Positions 8,290 to 16,652 of a DNA stretch of 32,000 nt are shown in pieces. The DNA comes from Candidatus Methanophagaceae archaeon. Its GTDB lineage: Archaea > Halobacteriota > Syntropharchaeia > Alkanophagales > Methanospirareceae. The notes beneath the pieces are model-generated. The model saw only the letters and a list, made by a program, of their open reading frames with translations, had not been told where the DNA came from and did not search any database. Within the stretch, counting starts at the first letter, position 1. Each line of letters starts with the position of its first letter. A program made the position numbers and the translations under genes. Location of the stretch: contig PQXB01000001.1 of the NCBI GenBank assembly GCA_003194425.1, positions 160,444 to 192,443 on the forward strand. The letters run 5' to 3'.

Positions 8290-8352
8290 TTTTGCGGTTT
8301 TTTCTGATTTGACGGCTTTAGATTTGACGGCGAAAGAAGGGAAAGCGGGAAA

Positions 8353-9180
8353 ATGACACGGGGCTACGTAACCGAAATGTTCAGCTCCTTCCAGGGTGAA
8401 GGACCCTACGCAGGCAGGAGGCAGGTCTTTCTTCGGTTTGCGGGCTGTCCCCTCTCTTGTTTTTACTGCGACACCGCCTACGCAAGAGAGCCCAGACCAA
8501 AGTTCTGCAACCTGCTCCGCCCTGACAAGAAGACCCGCAAAAGAAACCCGCTGTCCGCGAGCGAGGTGCTGGACTGCGTAAAAGCGCTGCTCTCTCCCGA
8601 CCTGCACAGCGTCTGCTACACCGGCGGCGAGCCGCTCACACCGTCTTCCGCGGGGTTCGTAAAAGAAATTGCAAACGCGGTAAAAGAGACGGGGCTAAGG
8701 AATTTTTTAGAGACGAGTGGGTGCTCGGCACGGGCGTTCGCGTCTTTAGCCGACTGCTTTGACTTCGCTTCGGTTGACATAAAACTGCGGGGTCACCAAG
8801 CGGTGCAGGGGGAAGACAGCTACGAGGCGTTGTACAGGAACGAGCTTGAGTGCGTAAGAATCGCGGTTGAGCGGGGTGTAGAGACGGTGGTGAAGGTGGT
8901 AGTGCTAAAGGGCACGCCCGCGGCGGAAATCGAAGAAATCTGCAGAGACCTTTCGGGGTTTGAATTTGGGTTAGAGGAGAGAGGAAGGGGCAGGGAAAAG
9001 GGTAGGGGAAGGGGCAGGGAAAAGGGTAGGGTAAAGTTTGTGTTGCAGCCTGTTACTGCTCCGCGGTCGGGGGCAGTGCCGAGCACAGAGGAACTCTTTG
9101 AACTTTCCGAAGTGGCGGGGCGGTTCTTACGCGATGTTGCGGTGATTCCGCAGGTGCATAAATTTTTGGGAGTTTTATGA
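8353..9180 (+). CDS. queE: 7-carboxy-7-deazaguanine synthase (radical SAM, archaeosine/queuosine precursor pathway)
   Basis: 275 aa. The N-terminus YVTEMFSSFQGEGPYAGRRQVFLRFAGCPLSCFYCDT (CxxxCxxC) is typical of QueE. It carries an in-frame GRGREKGR x2 insertion. Confidence 0.8.
   Translation: MTRGYVTEMFSSFQGEGPYAGRRQVFLRFAGCPLSCFYCDTAYAREPRPKFCNLLRPDKKTRKRNPLSASEVLDCVKALLSPDLHSVCYTGGEPLTPSSAGFVKEIANAVKETGLRNFLETSGCSARAFASLADCFDFASVDIKLRGHQAVQGEDSYEALYRNELECVRIAVERGVETVVKVVVLKGTPAAEIEEICRDLSGFEFGLEERGRGREKGRGRGREKGRVKFVLQPVTAPRSGAVPSTEELFELSEVAGRFLRDVAVIPQVHKFLGVL
8984..9031 (+). repeat. perfect 24-bp x2 tandem repeat inside queE (encodes GRGREKGR twice)
   Basis: Positions 8984-9007 and 8008+1000-9031 (that is, 9008-9031) read identically: gaaggggcagggaaaagggtaggg. 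Confidence 0.9.
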
Positions 9181-9190
9181 AAAAACTTTT

Positions 9191-9244
9191 TTGCAAGCAA
9201 AAACCTTTACTAAAAAATTGCAAGCAAAAACCTTTACTAAAAAA
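9191..9244. repeat. 27-bp x2 tandem repeat in the convergent queE/aIF2-gamma intergenic region
   Basis: ttgcaagcaaaaacctttactaaaaaa occurs twice back to back, flanked by aaaaactttt on both sides. The A/T runs are compatible with archaeal oligo-T terminators on both strands. Confidence 0.85.
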
Positions 9245-9258
9245 CTTTTCTTATTTTT

Positions 9259-10482
9259 TTACAGAATTCTGCCTGAGCCGATTAAGTGCCACCGTGCGCC
9301 GATTTTCCGTCCGATTGCGACACGAGCTCCATTTTCCGCGCAAATCGGTCTGCTCAGTTTCACATCAACTGTCTCTCTCGCTTTCGTCACCCGCTTCACC
9401 TCGCCCATTGTGATTGCGGTTCCTACGCTCAGCATCACTTTCTCGCCCAGTTTTATCGCCTGAATCCCCTCCTCTTTCGCTACGCCGACGACACGGTCCA
9501 GCAAGTGAAATTCGATTCGGAGTTCGTTCCGAGTCGGAGGTAGCGACCCAAGCGTGCCGACGCACTGCCCCACCAACGAGTCTTCGATTGTCAAGCTGGG
9601 GTCCAGTTTTGTGCCGACGCCGATTAGACCGCCTGGGGTCACTTCTTTTACCCGCTCGCCGCCTGCGATTATTGAACTTATCTCGGTCTCAATCGGCTGC
9701 CACGTCTCCTTCTCCTTTCCTCCCGCTTCCTTTCCTCCCGCTGTCGCCACCCGACCCGGTCGGATTTCCAGCCTGTCGCCTTCTCGCAGCCTGCCCTGAA
9801 GCAGCGAACCGCCGATTACCCCGCCCTTCAGATTTTTTATCGGCGTTCCGGGTTTGTTTACATCAAAGGAGCGAGCAATGTGCATAATTGGAGGCTTGTC
9901 AGCGGGACGCGAGGGAGTAGGAATTTCCTGCTCGATGCACTGAATTAAAATGTCAAGATTCGCGGACTGTTGGGCCGAGATTGGGACAATCGGCGAGTTT
10001 TCCGCACCCGTTCCCCTAACAAACTCTTTTATTTGGCGGTAGTGTTGCAGTGCTTCCGCCCGCGAGACGAGGTCTATTTTGTTCTGCGCAATCACGATTT
10101 TCTTGATCCCGATTAAGTTCAGAGCCATCAGGTGCTCCTTCGTCTGCGGCTGCGGGCAGGGTTCGGAGGCTGCGATTAGGAGAACAGCACCGTCCATTAT
10201 CGCGGCACCGCTCAGCATCGTCGCCATCAACGCCTCGTGCCCCGGCGAATCGACGAACGAGACAGACCGCAGCTCCTCGGTCCTTGACCCGCAGTGCTTG
10301 CAGAACTCTTCGACGGTGTAACACCCCGGCTCCTCACAGGCAGGACATTTTCTGAATGTCACGTCTGCGTAGCCGAGCCGAATTGAAATTCCGCGTTTTA
10401 TCTCCTCGCTGTGCCTGTCCGCCCACTCGCCTGACAAGGCTCTCACTAAAGTCGTTTTCCCGTGGTCTACGTGCCCGACCAT
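9259..10482 (-). CDS. eif2g: translation initiation factor aIF2 gamma subunit
   Basis: 407 aa. Motifs are [10 protein letters not shown] (G1), DSPGH (G3), NKIDL (G4) and a Zn knuckle CPAC...CKHC. The first ATG falls inside the conserved VNIGMVGH strand (see finding). Confidence 0.95.
   Translation of the reverse strand: MVGHVDHGKTTLVRALSGEWADRHSEEIKRGISIRLGYADVTFRKCPACEEPGCYTVEEFCKHCGSRTEELRSVSFVDSPGHEALMATMLSGAAIMDGAVLLIAASEPCPQPQTKEHLMALNLIGIKKIVIAQNKIDLVSRAEALQHYRQIKEFVRGTGAENSPIVPISAQQSANLDILIQCIEQEIPTPSRPADKPPIMHIARSFDVNKPGTPIKNLKGGVIGGSLLQGRLREGDRLEIRPGRVATAGGKEAGGKEKETWQPIETEISSIIAGGERVKEVTPGGLIGVGTKLDPSLTIEDSLVGQCVGTLGSLPPTRNELRIEFHLLDRVVGVAKEEGIQAIKLGEKVMLSVGTAITMGEVKRVTKARETVDVKLSRPICAENGARVAIGRKIGARWHLIGSGRIL
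9713..9742 (-). repeat. 15-bp x2 tandem repeat inside aIF2-gamma (encodes AGGKE twice)
   Basis: tcctttcctcccgct is repeated at 9713-9727 and 9728-9742. Confidence 0.9.
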
Positions 10483-10585
10483 TCCGATGTTTACTGACGG
10501 TTTCTTCGTTTTGCCTGCCCCCTTCCTTTTCTTTTGTGTTTCCTCTTCTATTTATTCTTCTTTGATAAGACCTTCTTTTTAAGAA

Positions 10586-11854
10586 ATGTTTGAGTTGCGA
10601 GCGGGCGAGAAGGAAATTCAGACCGCGGCGGGGCGGTTTGCGGAGGCGGAGGTCGCGCCGAGAGCGGCGGAAATCGACCGAAAGGCGAAGTTCCCGCGGG
10701 TGCTCGTGCGGAAAATGGCAGAGCAGGGGCTCTTTGGAATTCCGTTCCCAAAGAAATACGGCGGGGCAGGAGCGACTTTAACGAGCTACGTTGCCGCGGT
10801 AGAGGAGCTCTCGAAGGCGAGTGCGAGCGTTGGTTTCCTGAGTGCTGCGGGGCTTATTTCCGCGTTCCCTTTTCTCTACGCAGGCACAGAGGAGCAGAAA
10901 GAGAAATTCCTTCGACCCCTGTGTTTAGGAGAGAAGCAGGGGGCTTTTGCTTTAACTGAGCCGTCTGCTGGGTCTGACCCGCTCTCCATCAAGACAACTG
11001 CGGTTCGAGAAGGCGAAGGCGGTGGTAGAGGGGGAGGCAAGGATGAATTTGTGCTGAACGGGCGGAAGGCGTTTGTCACTAACACCGCGGTCGCAGACAT
11101 TTACTTGGTCTTCGCACAGACAGAGAAGGGTAGAAAGGGTGAGGAGAAGAGCGGAGAGAGAGAGAAGAGCGGAGTGAGAGAGAAGAGCGGAGTGAGAGAG
11201 AAGAGGAGAGAAGGAGGGAGGGGGGGAGGTTTGAGTGCGTTTGTCGTTGAGAAGGGGACGAAGGGCTTCTCGTTCGCTAAAATCGAGGAGCTGCTGGGAA
11301 TGCGAGGCTGTCTCGTTGGCGGGCTGACTTTCGACGACTGCAGAGTTCCCGCGGAGAACCTGCTCGGGAAAGAGGGCGACGGGTTCAGGATCGCGATGGC
11401 GACGCTGGACAGGGACAGAATCGCGATGAGTAGCATCGGCGTCGGCGTTGCTCAAGCCTGCCTCGACGCCTCAAAGAAGTACGCAAAAGAGCGGAGGCAG
11501 TTCGGACAGCCAATCGCAAACTTCCAAGCAGTCCAGTTTATGCTCGCTGACATTGCTGTGGAGACTGAGGCAGCGCGGCTACTCACCTACAAAGCCGCTT
11601 CTCTCGCAGACAAAGGCGACGGAAGAAAAGGCGGAGGAGCGGAGAAAATCACGAAAGAGGCGGCGATGGCGAAGCTCTACGCCTCGGAAGTTGCCCAGCG
11701 GGCTGCCACAAACGCAGTTCAGATTCACGGCGGGTTCGGCTGCACGAAGGACTGCCCCGCGGAACGGTATTTCCGGGACGCACGGGTGCTCGGCATCGCG
11801 GTAGGGACTTCAGAGATTCAGCGGCTCGTGATCGCGAGGGAAGTGCTGAGGTAA
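10586..11854 (+). CDS. acyl-CoA dehydrogenase
   Basis: 422 aa. Motifs are FALTEPSAGSDP, FVTN, the C-terminal QIHGGFG and TSEIQRLVIAREVL. It contains a low-complexity EKSG(E/V)R repeat insertion. Confidence 0.9.
   Translation: MFELRAGEKEIQTAAGRFAEAEVAPRAAEIDRKAKFPRVLVRKMAEQGLFGIPFPKKYGGAGATLTSYVAAVEELSKASASVGFLSAAGLISAFPFLYAGTEEQKEKFLRPLCLGEKQGAFALTEPSAGSDPLSIKTTAVREGEGGGRGGGKDEFVLNGRKAFVTNTAVADIYLVFAQTEKGRKGEEKSGEREKSGVREKSGVREKRREGGRGGGLSAFVVEKGTKGFSFAKIEELLGMRGCLVGGLTFDDCRVPAENLLGKEGDGFRIAMATLDRDRIAMSSIGVGVAQACLDASKKYAKERRQFGQPIANFQAVQFMLADIAVETEAARLLTYKAASLADKGDGRKGGGAEKITKEAAMAKLYASEVAQRAATNAVQIHGGFGCTKDCPAERYFRDARVLGIAVGTSEIQRLVIAREVLR
11144..11206 (+). repeat. 18-bp x about 3.5 tandem repeat inside the acyl-CoA dehydrogenase (EKSGEREKSGVREKSGVREK)
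   Basis: gagaagagcggag(a/t)gaga units occur at 11144, 11162 and 11180, with a partial fourth unit. Confidence 0.9.
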
Positions 11855-11857
11855 AGC

Positions 11858-11910
11858 GGAGAAGAGGAAAGGGGAGAAGAGGAAAGGGGAGAAGAGGAAA
11901 GGGGAGAAGA
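11858..11910 (+). repeat. 15-bp x about 3.5 polypurine tandem repeat in the intergenic spacer
   Basis: ggagaagaggaaagg units occur at 11858, 11873 and 11888, with a partial unit after them. The repeat lies between the ACAD stop and the phosphohexomutase ATG. Confidence 0.9.
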
Positions 11911-11958
11911 AATGATGAATAGAGATATTATGAGTAGGAGAAGGAGGGAGTATTATTT

Positions 11959-13605
11959 ATGAAAATAGACCGAAACACCTACCGTGCGAACGACATTAGA
12001 GGAATCGCAGACTCTCAGCTCAGCGACGAGTTTTGCCGTTTGACAGGGTTGGCGTACGTGGAACTGCTGCGGAGAGAGCGAGGTAAAGAGCCGCAAGAAC
12101 TCACGGTCGTCGTAGGAAAAGATGTCAGGAACAGTTCGCCGCGGCTGAAGAGCGCGTTTGCCGAGGCTCTCGTGAGTCGAGGGGTTCGTGTCGTTGACAT
12201 TGCCCCGGGGGAGAAGGTGAGTTCAACGCCGCTGATGTATTTCGCGACTTGGCTCTTCGGTGCCGACGGCGGTGTTGAAATTACGGGTAGCCACCTCGAG
12301 AAGGAGTGGAACGGCTTCAAACTCTGCGTCGCCTCGGAAAGCACCACAGAGCAGCAAATCAGCGAGATGTTTCAGACCGCGAAGAGGCTGGCGGAGGACG
12401 GAGAAAAAGAGGGGTTCAAGGCTTCTGAAGGCACGAGCGAGGAGGTCGACGTCCTGCCCGCCTACCACGAAATGGTGGTTGCGAATGTTGTTCTGCGGGA
12501 GAGGTGGGAGGAGCTGGCGTTAGGCTCGCTTTCAGGGAAGACTTCTCTGAAGGCTGCGATTTCCACCGCAACTCGCGAGGTGGAGAAGCTGTCCGAGGAG
12601 AGTAGGAGACCGTTAGCGGGCTTAAAAATCGTTTACGACGCAGGAAACGGGACTACAGGAGTAGTTGCACCACCGATTTTCAAGGCTTTGGGTGCAGAGG
12701 TTTTTGAGCTTTACTGCGAGCCGGACGGTAATTTCCCGCACCACCTGCCCGACCCCACGATTCCGCGATTTCTGAAAGACTTGCACTCCGAGGTGGCTCG
12801 CAGAGAGGCGCACCTCGGGCTCTCCTCTGACTGCGACGGCGACCGTGCAGGCGCGGTCTCGCCGGGTGGAAAGAATGTAATCGGGGAGCAAATCCTCGCT
12901 CTGCTCTGCAAACACATTTTAAAAGACCACCCGCGTGCGAAAATCGTTTACGACACAAAATGCTCGGACGCGATAAAAGAGGTGGTGGTTGAGAGCGGTG
13001 GCGTGCCGGTTGAGTGGAAGACAGGGTTCTCTTTCATTAAATCCAAAATGGTCGAGGTCGGTGCGGTCGCGGGCGGCGAAATGTCAGGGCACGTCTACTT
13101 CGCGAAGAACAACCGCGCAGACGACGCGGTCTTCGCATTCTCCGAACTTCTACTGCTCACCGCCGAGGAGTTGCGTCTCAAAAAATTCAAAGACAGAACC
13201 GTGCTTGACGGGTTGCTTGCGGACTTTTCGAGCAGGTACGTGAATACGCCGGAGATAAGAATTCCGGTGGTTAGCGACGCGGAGAAGGAGCGTGTCTGCG
13301 ACGCCGTTGAAGGTTACTACCGAGGGCTTGCGACTGGAGAGCCTGAAAAGTACCGCAGAAGAACCGACGAGAGCGGGCGGGACATTGACGGCGTGAAGAT
13401 TGATTTTCTGCAGGAGGACGGCTGGGCGCTCGTGCGCCGCTCGAACACTTCTCCTGTGATAATTCTCAGAATGGAAGCGAGGACCGAGGAAGGGCTTGGT
13501 AGGATTGGAAAGCATTTAATAAAAAAGTTTCGGGAGTTCAAGACCGTGGACCTGAACGCAGACGAGTTCGTAAAGAGAATAAACAAAAAATTTAAAAAGT
13601 GCTAA
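11959..13605 (+). CDS. alpha-D-phosphohexomutase family protein (phosphomannomutase/phosphoglucomutase-like)
   Basis: 548 aa. Motifs are the ITGSH..NGFK catalytic-serine loop (variant SHLEKEWNGFK), the DCDGDR metal-binding loop, the GEMSGH sugar loop and RRSNTSP (phosphate-binding loop). Confidence 0.85.
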   Translation: MKIDRNTYRANDIRGIADSQLSDEFCRLTGLAYVELLRRERGKEPQELTVVVGKDVRNSSPRLKSAFAEALVSRGVRVVDIAPGEKVSSTPLMYFATWLFGADGGVEITGSHLEKEWNGFKLCVASESTTEQQISEMFQTAKRLAEDGEKEGFKASEGTSEEVDVLPAYHEMVVANVVLRERWEELALGSLSGKTSLKAAISTATREVEKLSEESRRPLAGLKIVYDAGNGTTGVVAPPIFKALGAEVFELYCEPDGNFPHHLPDPTIPRFLKDLHSEVARREAHLGLSSDCDGDRAGAVSPGGKNVIGEQILALLCKHILKDHPRAKIVYDTKCSDAIKEVVVESGGVPVEWKTGFSFIKSKMVEVGAVAGGEMSGHVYFAKNNRADDAVFAFSELLLLTAEELRLKKFKDRTVLDGLLADFSSRYVNTPEIRIPVVSDAEKERVCDAVEGYYRGLATGEPEKYRRRTDESGRDIDGVKIDFLQEDGWALVRRSNTSPVIILRMEARTEEGLGRIGKHLIKKFREFKTVDLNADEFVKRINKKFKKC

Positions 13606-13620
13606 AAACAATTGAAAAGT

Positions 13621-14334
13621 ATGAAGAAAAATGTGAAATTGATGGAGGGAGTGATTTTTGGGTTGTTGGTGTTGGCGAGTGCGAGCATGCAGGTGACAGT
13701 GGTAGCGGCGGAGACAACGCAGACTTGGTTTCTTTCGTCAGAGGGTAAGCCAAGCGGTGCGCCGACCGCGAACGACGGACTAACACACGCGAAGGACAAT
13801 CTGATGCAGAAAGATTCAAGAACTGGTACAGGTTCGTATTTTACGCTTCCTTATGATAAGGTCGCGTGGTTTTATGCGGACACAGGGGCAGAATGTGGCT
13901 TGGGGTTTGGAGAGTACTCTTGGAGAGCACACATTCGTACAGGGGAAAAAGTAGACGGGGATGAAGTAGGTTCTAATCTTACCGTTGAAATCTGTAGGTT
14001 GGAGAAAGACACAGGAAATGTAACTGTTCTGGCAAGCCACACAGAGACATTGACAGCACAAGAGACGCATTTTGACTGGAACATTTCTTGCACAGACAAC
14101 GGAACCACAACTCAGGATTTCAGCACTGGCGACTGGTTAGCCGTTCGATTGTCGTGGGACTGCACGGACGGTCTTAGAGTAGACTACAAAGCCGAGGCGG
14201 GTCTAGATTCCTTCATCGAAAGCCCCTCAACAGACCCCGGCTACCCTGCCCCTGAACTGCACTCCCTCGTCCTCTTCTCGACAGGCTTGCTCGCACTCGC
14301 GGGCTACAGTCTGCTGACAAAGAGAAGGGGATAA
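13621..14334 (+). CDS. secreted protein with signal peptide and PEP/PEF-CTERM-like C-terminal sorting signal
   Basis: ATG at 13621 (the track uses TTG at 13612). The N-terminal hydrophobic signal is GVIFGLLVLASASMQ. The C-terminus is YPAPELHSLVLFSTGLLALAGYSLLTKRRG, i.e. a P-E-x motif, a TM helix and a basic tail. Confidence 0.6.
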   Translation: MKKNVKLMEGVIFGLLVLASASMQVTVVAAETTQTWFLSSEGKPSGAPTANDGLTHAKDNLMQKDSRTGTGSYFTLPYDKVAWFYADTGAECGLGFGEYSWRAHIRTGEKVDGDEVGSNLTVEICRLEKDTGNVTVLASHTETLTAQETHFDWNISCTDNGTTTQDFSTGDWLAVRLSWDCTDGLRVDYKAEAGLDSFIESPSTDPGYPAPELHSLVLFSTGLLALAGYSLLTKRRG

Positions 14335-14378
14335 AAGACGGAGAAGTTAAGTCAGGAGCTTACCGGTTTTAACCTAAC

Positions 14379-14420
14379 CGGTCGAGTCCGGCGGTCGAGT
14401 CCGGCGGTCGAGTCCGGCGG
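14379..14420. repeat. 13-bp x about 3.3 tandem repeat (cggtcgagtccgg), intergenic
   Basis: Units occur at 14379, 14392 and 14405, plus a partial unit. Each unit carries the self-complementary CCGG and TCGA tetramers. Confidence 0.9.
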
Positions 14421-14508
14421 ATCGGAGGCTTGCGTGCGAAGCCGAGCTGAGGCTTACGAGCAACGCTGTGCTGGAGAACTCTCCAGCTCTTCAGAAGGAA
14501 AAAGAAAA

Positions 14509-14862
14509 ATGAAACCAACCTACTGGTACAAGGCGAAATTGGGGAGGGTCGTGGACGGCGACACTTTGGACTTGGTAATTGACCTCGGATTTTATGTGCA
14601 GTTGCGGGAGCGAGTTCGGTTGGCGGGAATTGACACGCCTGAAATTCACGGCGTTCCCAAGAGCAGCGAGGAGTACAAGAAGGGACTGGAAGCGAAGGAA
14701 TTCGTCGAGCGACGGCTGAGCGAGAACGAAAATGAAATGGTGATTGAGACAAGGAAGCGCGGAAAATGGCGACGCTGGATTGCGAAAATCTACCTTGAAG
14801 ATTCCGAAAAAACCTTGAACGACGAATTAGTTGAGCAGGGTCTAGCTGTGGTCGTGTCGTAG
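14509..14862 (+). CDS. thermonuclease (staphylococcal nuclease, SNase-like) family protein
   Basis: 117 aa from the internal ATG. VVDGDTLDL...VRLAGIDTPE is the SNase Ca-binding/active-site signature. The upstream part of the track ORF is low complexity. Confidence 0.75.
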   Translation: MKPTYWYKAKLGRVVDGDTLDLVIDLGFYVQLRERVRLAGIDTPEIHGVPKSSEEYKKGLEAKEFVERRLSENENEMVIETRKRGKWRRWIAKIYLEDSEKTLNDELVEQGLAVVVS

Positions 14863-14895
14863 CAGAAGAAGAAGAAGGAAATAGAAGAAGGAAAT

Positions 14896-15687
14896 TCAAA
14901 AATAATACGGAGCGACTAAAAAGAGAATGACATTTATAATTCCGTGAGAAAGGCTTATTCCAAAAATCGAACCTGTCTGCTCCCGAATTACTGAATACAA
15001 AAAGCCAACGGAAAAAGCAAGAACGCAGTCCAAAACCGCGAGGTTGCCAATGTGAAGCACGCTGAAGAGAATTGAGACAAAAAAAATCCCCCACCTCCTG
15101 CTCATCAGTTTCCGGGCGTTGTGTTGAATCAAGCCCCGAAACACGAGCTCTTCCAAGAAACCCGTGCAGACAACGAAAACTGCTGCTGCAACGACGAAAT
15201 TCGCGGCTAAGCCTGCCCCTTCCCCCGCCGGCAGGGGAGCGGGCTTCAAAATCTGAAATTCTATTATTCCTGCAGGAAAGGCAAGGAGAACCACGCCTGC
15301 GTTAATTGGCACGTGCTTCAACTTTGGTAACGAAAATCCGAGGTCTTTTAGGCGGAGTCCTTGCACCAACATTCCGGTGAAGGTTGCGAGAAATATCGGA
15401 ATGGAAATGAAAAGGAAGCCAAAAATCTTACTAACTTGAGCGAAAGGCATTGAGAGGCTTAGAATTCGAATAAGCGGTGCGAGAAGAAGAACCACGAGAA
15501 ACTGGGACAGATTTTTCTCGGTCTCTGTTTTGGTTTCTCGTGCAGAATAGAAAAGCAGTGCGAAGAGGATGGTTGCGTGAAAAGCGATGCCTGCTTTTGG
15601 GTGGTAACACGTCAGTGTCTCTGCGCTTGTTACCAGAAGCAAGAAAACCGCACAGATGTGTTTGATTTTTAAGGCGATTCTTTTCAT
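14896..15687 (-). CDS. CPBP family intramembrane glutamic endopeptidase (CAAX protease/Abi)
   Basis: 263 aa, polytopic. Motifs are EELVFRG, FSVLHxxN and HGIINV. Confidence 0.85.
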   Translation of the reverse strand: MKRIALKIKHICAVFLLLVTSAETLTCYHPKAGIAFHATILFALLFYSARETKTETEKNLSQFLVVLLLAPLIRILSLSMPFAQVSKIFGFLFISIPIFLATFTGMLVQGLRLKDLGFSLPKLKHVPINAGVVLLAFPAGIIEFQILKPAPLPAGEGAGLAANFVVAAAVFVVCTGFLEELVFRGLIQHNARKLMSRRWGIFFVSILFSVLHIGNLAVLDCVLAFSVGFLYSVIREQTGSIFGISLSHGIINVILFLVAPYYF

Positions 15688-15725
15688 TTCCTCTTTTAAT
15701 CTGCTGTTATTAATTTGTTTAGTAA

Positions 15726-16652
15726 ATGAAAAACGCAGAGGGAGAAGACGAGGCAGCAGCAGAAGAGGAGGAAGAAGAGGAGAAGAGGTTGAGCGTTGTT
15801 CTGGCTGTGGGAATGGGATTTTTTATCGTTCTTACCGCGGTGGTTGCGTTGCTGCTTGCGGCGCCGTTTGAAGCCGCTGGCGTAAAAGCGTTTGAGAACT
15901 CGGAGTCGGTCTGGACCCCGCTCTATTTCCTTGCTCTCGTTGTCGGCTTCACGGTGGTTATTCTCGTAGTGCTAAAACTCGGGGACAGGGGCGAGAGGCT
16001 CCTCTATTTTTTGATGCTTGGTGCGGTGGCGGTGACGCTGTACTATGTTTTTGCGGTTCTCTTTCCTGCTCCTCTCGGCAGTCTCCCGCTGGTCAGCACC
16101 CTCGCGGTCTGTCTGCTGCTCTACAAATTTCCAGAGTGGTACGTTCTCGACGCGACGGGTCTACTAATCGGGGGCGGAGCGGCGGCGATGTTTGGCATTT
16201 CGCTCGGCGTGGCTTCTGTCGTGCTGTTGTTGGTGATTTTGGCGGTTTACGACGCGATTTCGGTTTACAAGACGAAGCATATGATTGTGTTGGCGGAAAG
16301 CATCGTTGAAATGCGAGTTCCGATTCTTTTTGTCCTGCCGAGGCGGCGGGGGTTCTCTTTGGTGCGGGGGGGACGAGGGGCAAAGTCCCACAAGAGCAGC
16401 AGGATGGACGAGGCGTTTTTAATGGGGCTTGGGGACGCGATTATTCCGACGATGCTGGTCGTGTCTGCGAATTTAATGCCCGCGTTCGCTCGCTACTGGG
16501 GTTTAATAAACGCGCCTGCTTTGGGTGCGCTGTTAGGGACACTTGCGGGCTACGGGGCGCTGGTCAGAATTGCGGGCAGAGGGACGCCGCACGCGGGGCT
16601 GCCGTTTCTCAATTTAGGTGCGATTCTCGGGTTTGTCGTTGGGTTGGCTTGA
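15726..16652 (+). CDS. presenilin/signal-peptide-peptidase homologue (A22 family GxGD intramembrane aspartyl protease)
   Basis: 308 aa, polytopic. Motifs are AVYDAISV (YD), MGLGDAIIP (GxGD) and NAPALGALLG (PAL). Confidence 0.85.
   Translation: MKNAEGEDEAAAEEEEEEEKRLSVVLAVGMGFFIVLTAVVALLLAAPFEAAGVKAFENSESVWTPLYFLALVVGFTVVILVVLKLGDRGERLLYFLMLGAVAVTLYYVFAVLFPAPLGSLPLVSTLAVCLLLYKFPEWYVLDATGLLIGGGAAAMFGISLGVASVVLLLVILAVYDAISVYKTKHMIVLAESIVEMRVPILFVLPRRRGFSLVRGGRGAKSHKSSRMDEAFLMGLGDAIIPTMLVVSANLMPAFARYWGLINAPALGALLGTLAGYGALVRIAGRGTPHAGLPFLNLGAILGFVVGLA

Noticed and set aside
8257-8607. 5' extension of track ORF 7765-8607 (280 aa), which would add 117 residues to the NuoE-like protein.
   Set aside because: The extension has no NuoE-like sequence. 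It runs antisense through the queE 5' region and across the A/T-rich promoter. Homology begins at the internal ATG at 8256.
9191-9244. 27-bp repeat considered as a mini CRISPR array.
   Set aside because: There are only two copies, directly abutting with no spacer. No cas genes are present, and the sequence is A/T-rich, terminator-like and sits between convergent genes.
11912-11958. ATGATGA (C-box-like) in the spacer upstream of the phosphohexomutase gene, considered as a C/D box sRNA.
   Set aside because: There is no CTGA D box and no terminal stem within the following 50-70 nt.
14379-14420. GGTCGAGTCCGG units considered as tRNA T-arm-like sequence or a tRNA fragment (possible integration site).
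   Set aside because: The loop length and sequence differ from the canonical GTTCRAATC T-loop. No acceptor, D or anticodon arms can be built around it, and it is simply a 13-bp tandem array.
14369-15094. 241-aa minus-strand ORF spanning the SNase gene and the 3' end of the CPBP gene.
   Set aside because: It has low-complexity R/S/P-rich sequence and overlaps two genes with recognisable motifs. It starts inside the 13-bp repeat.
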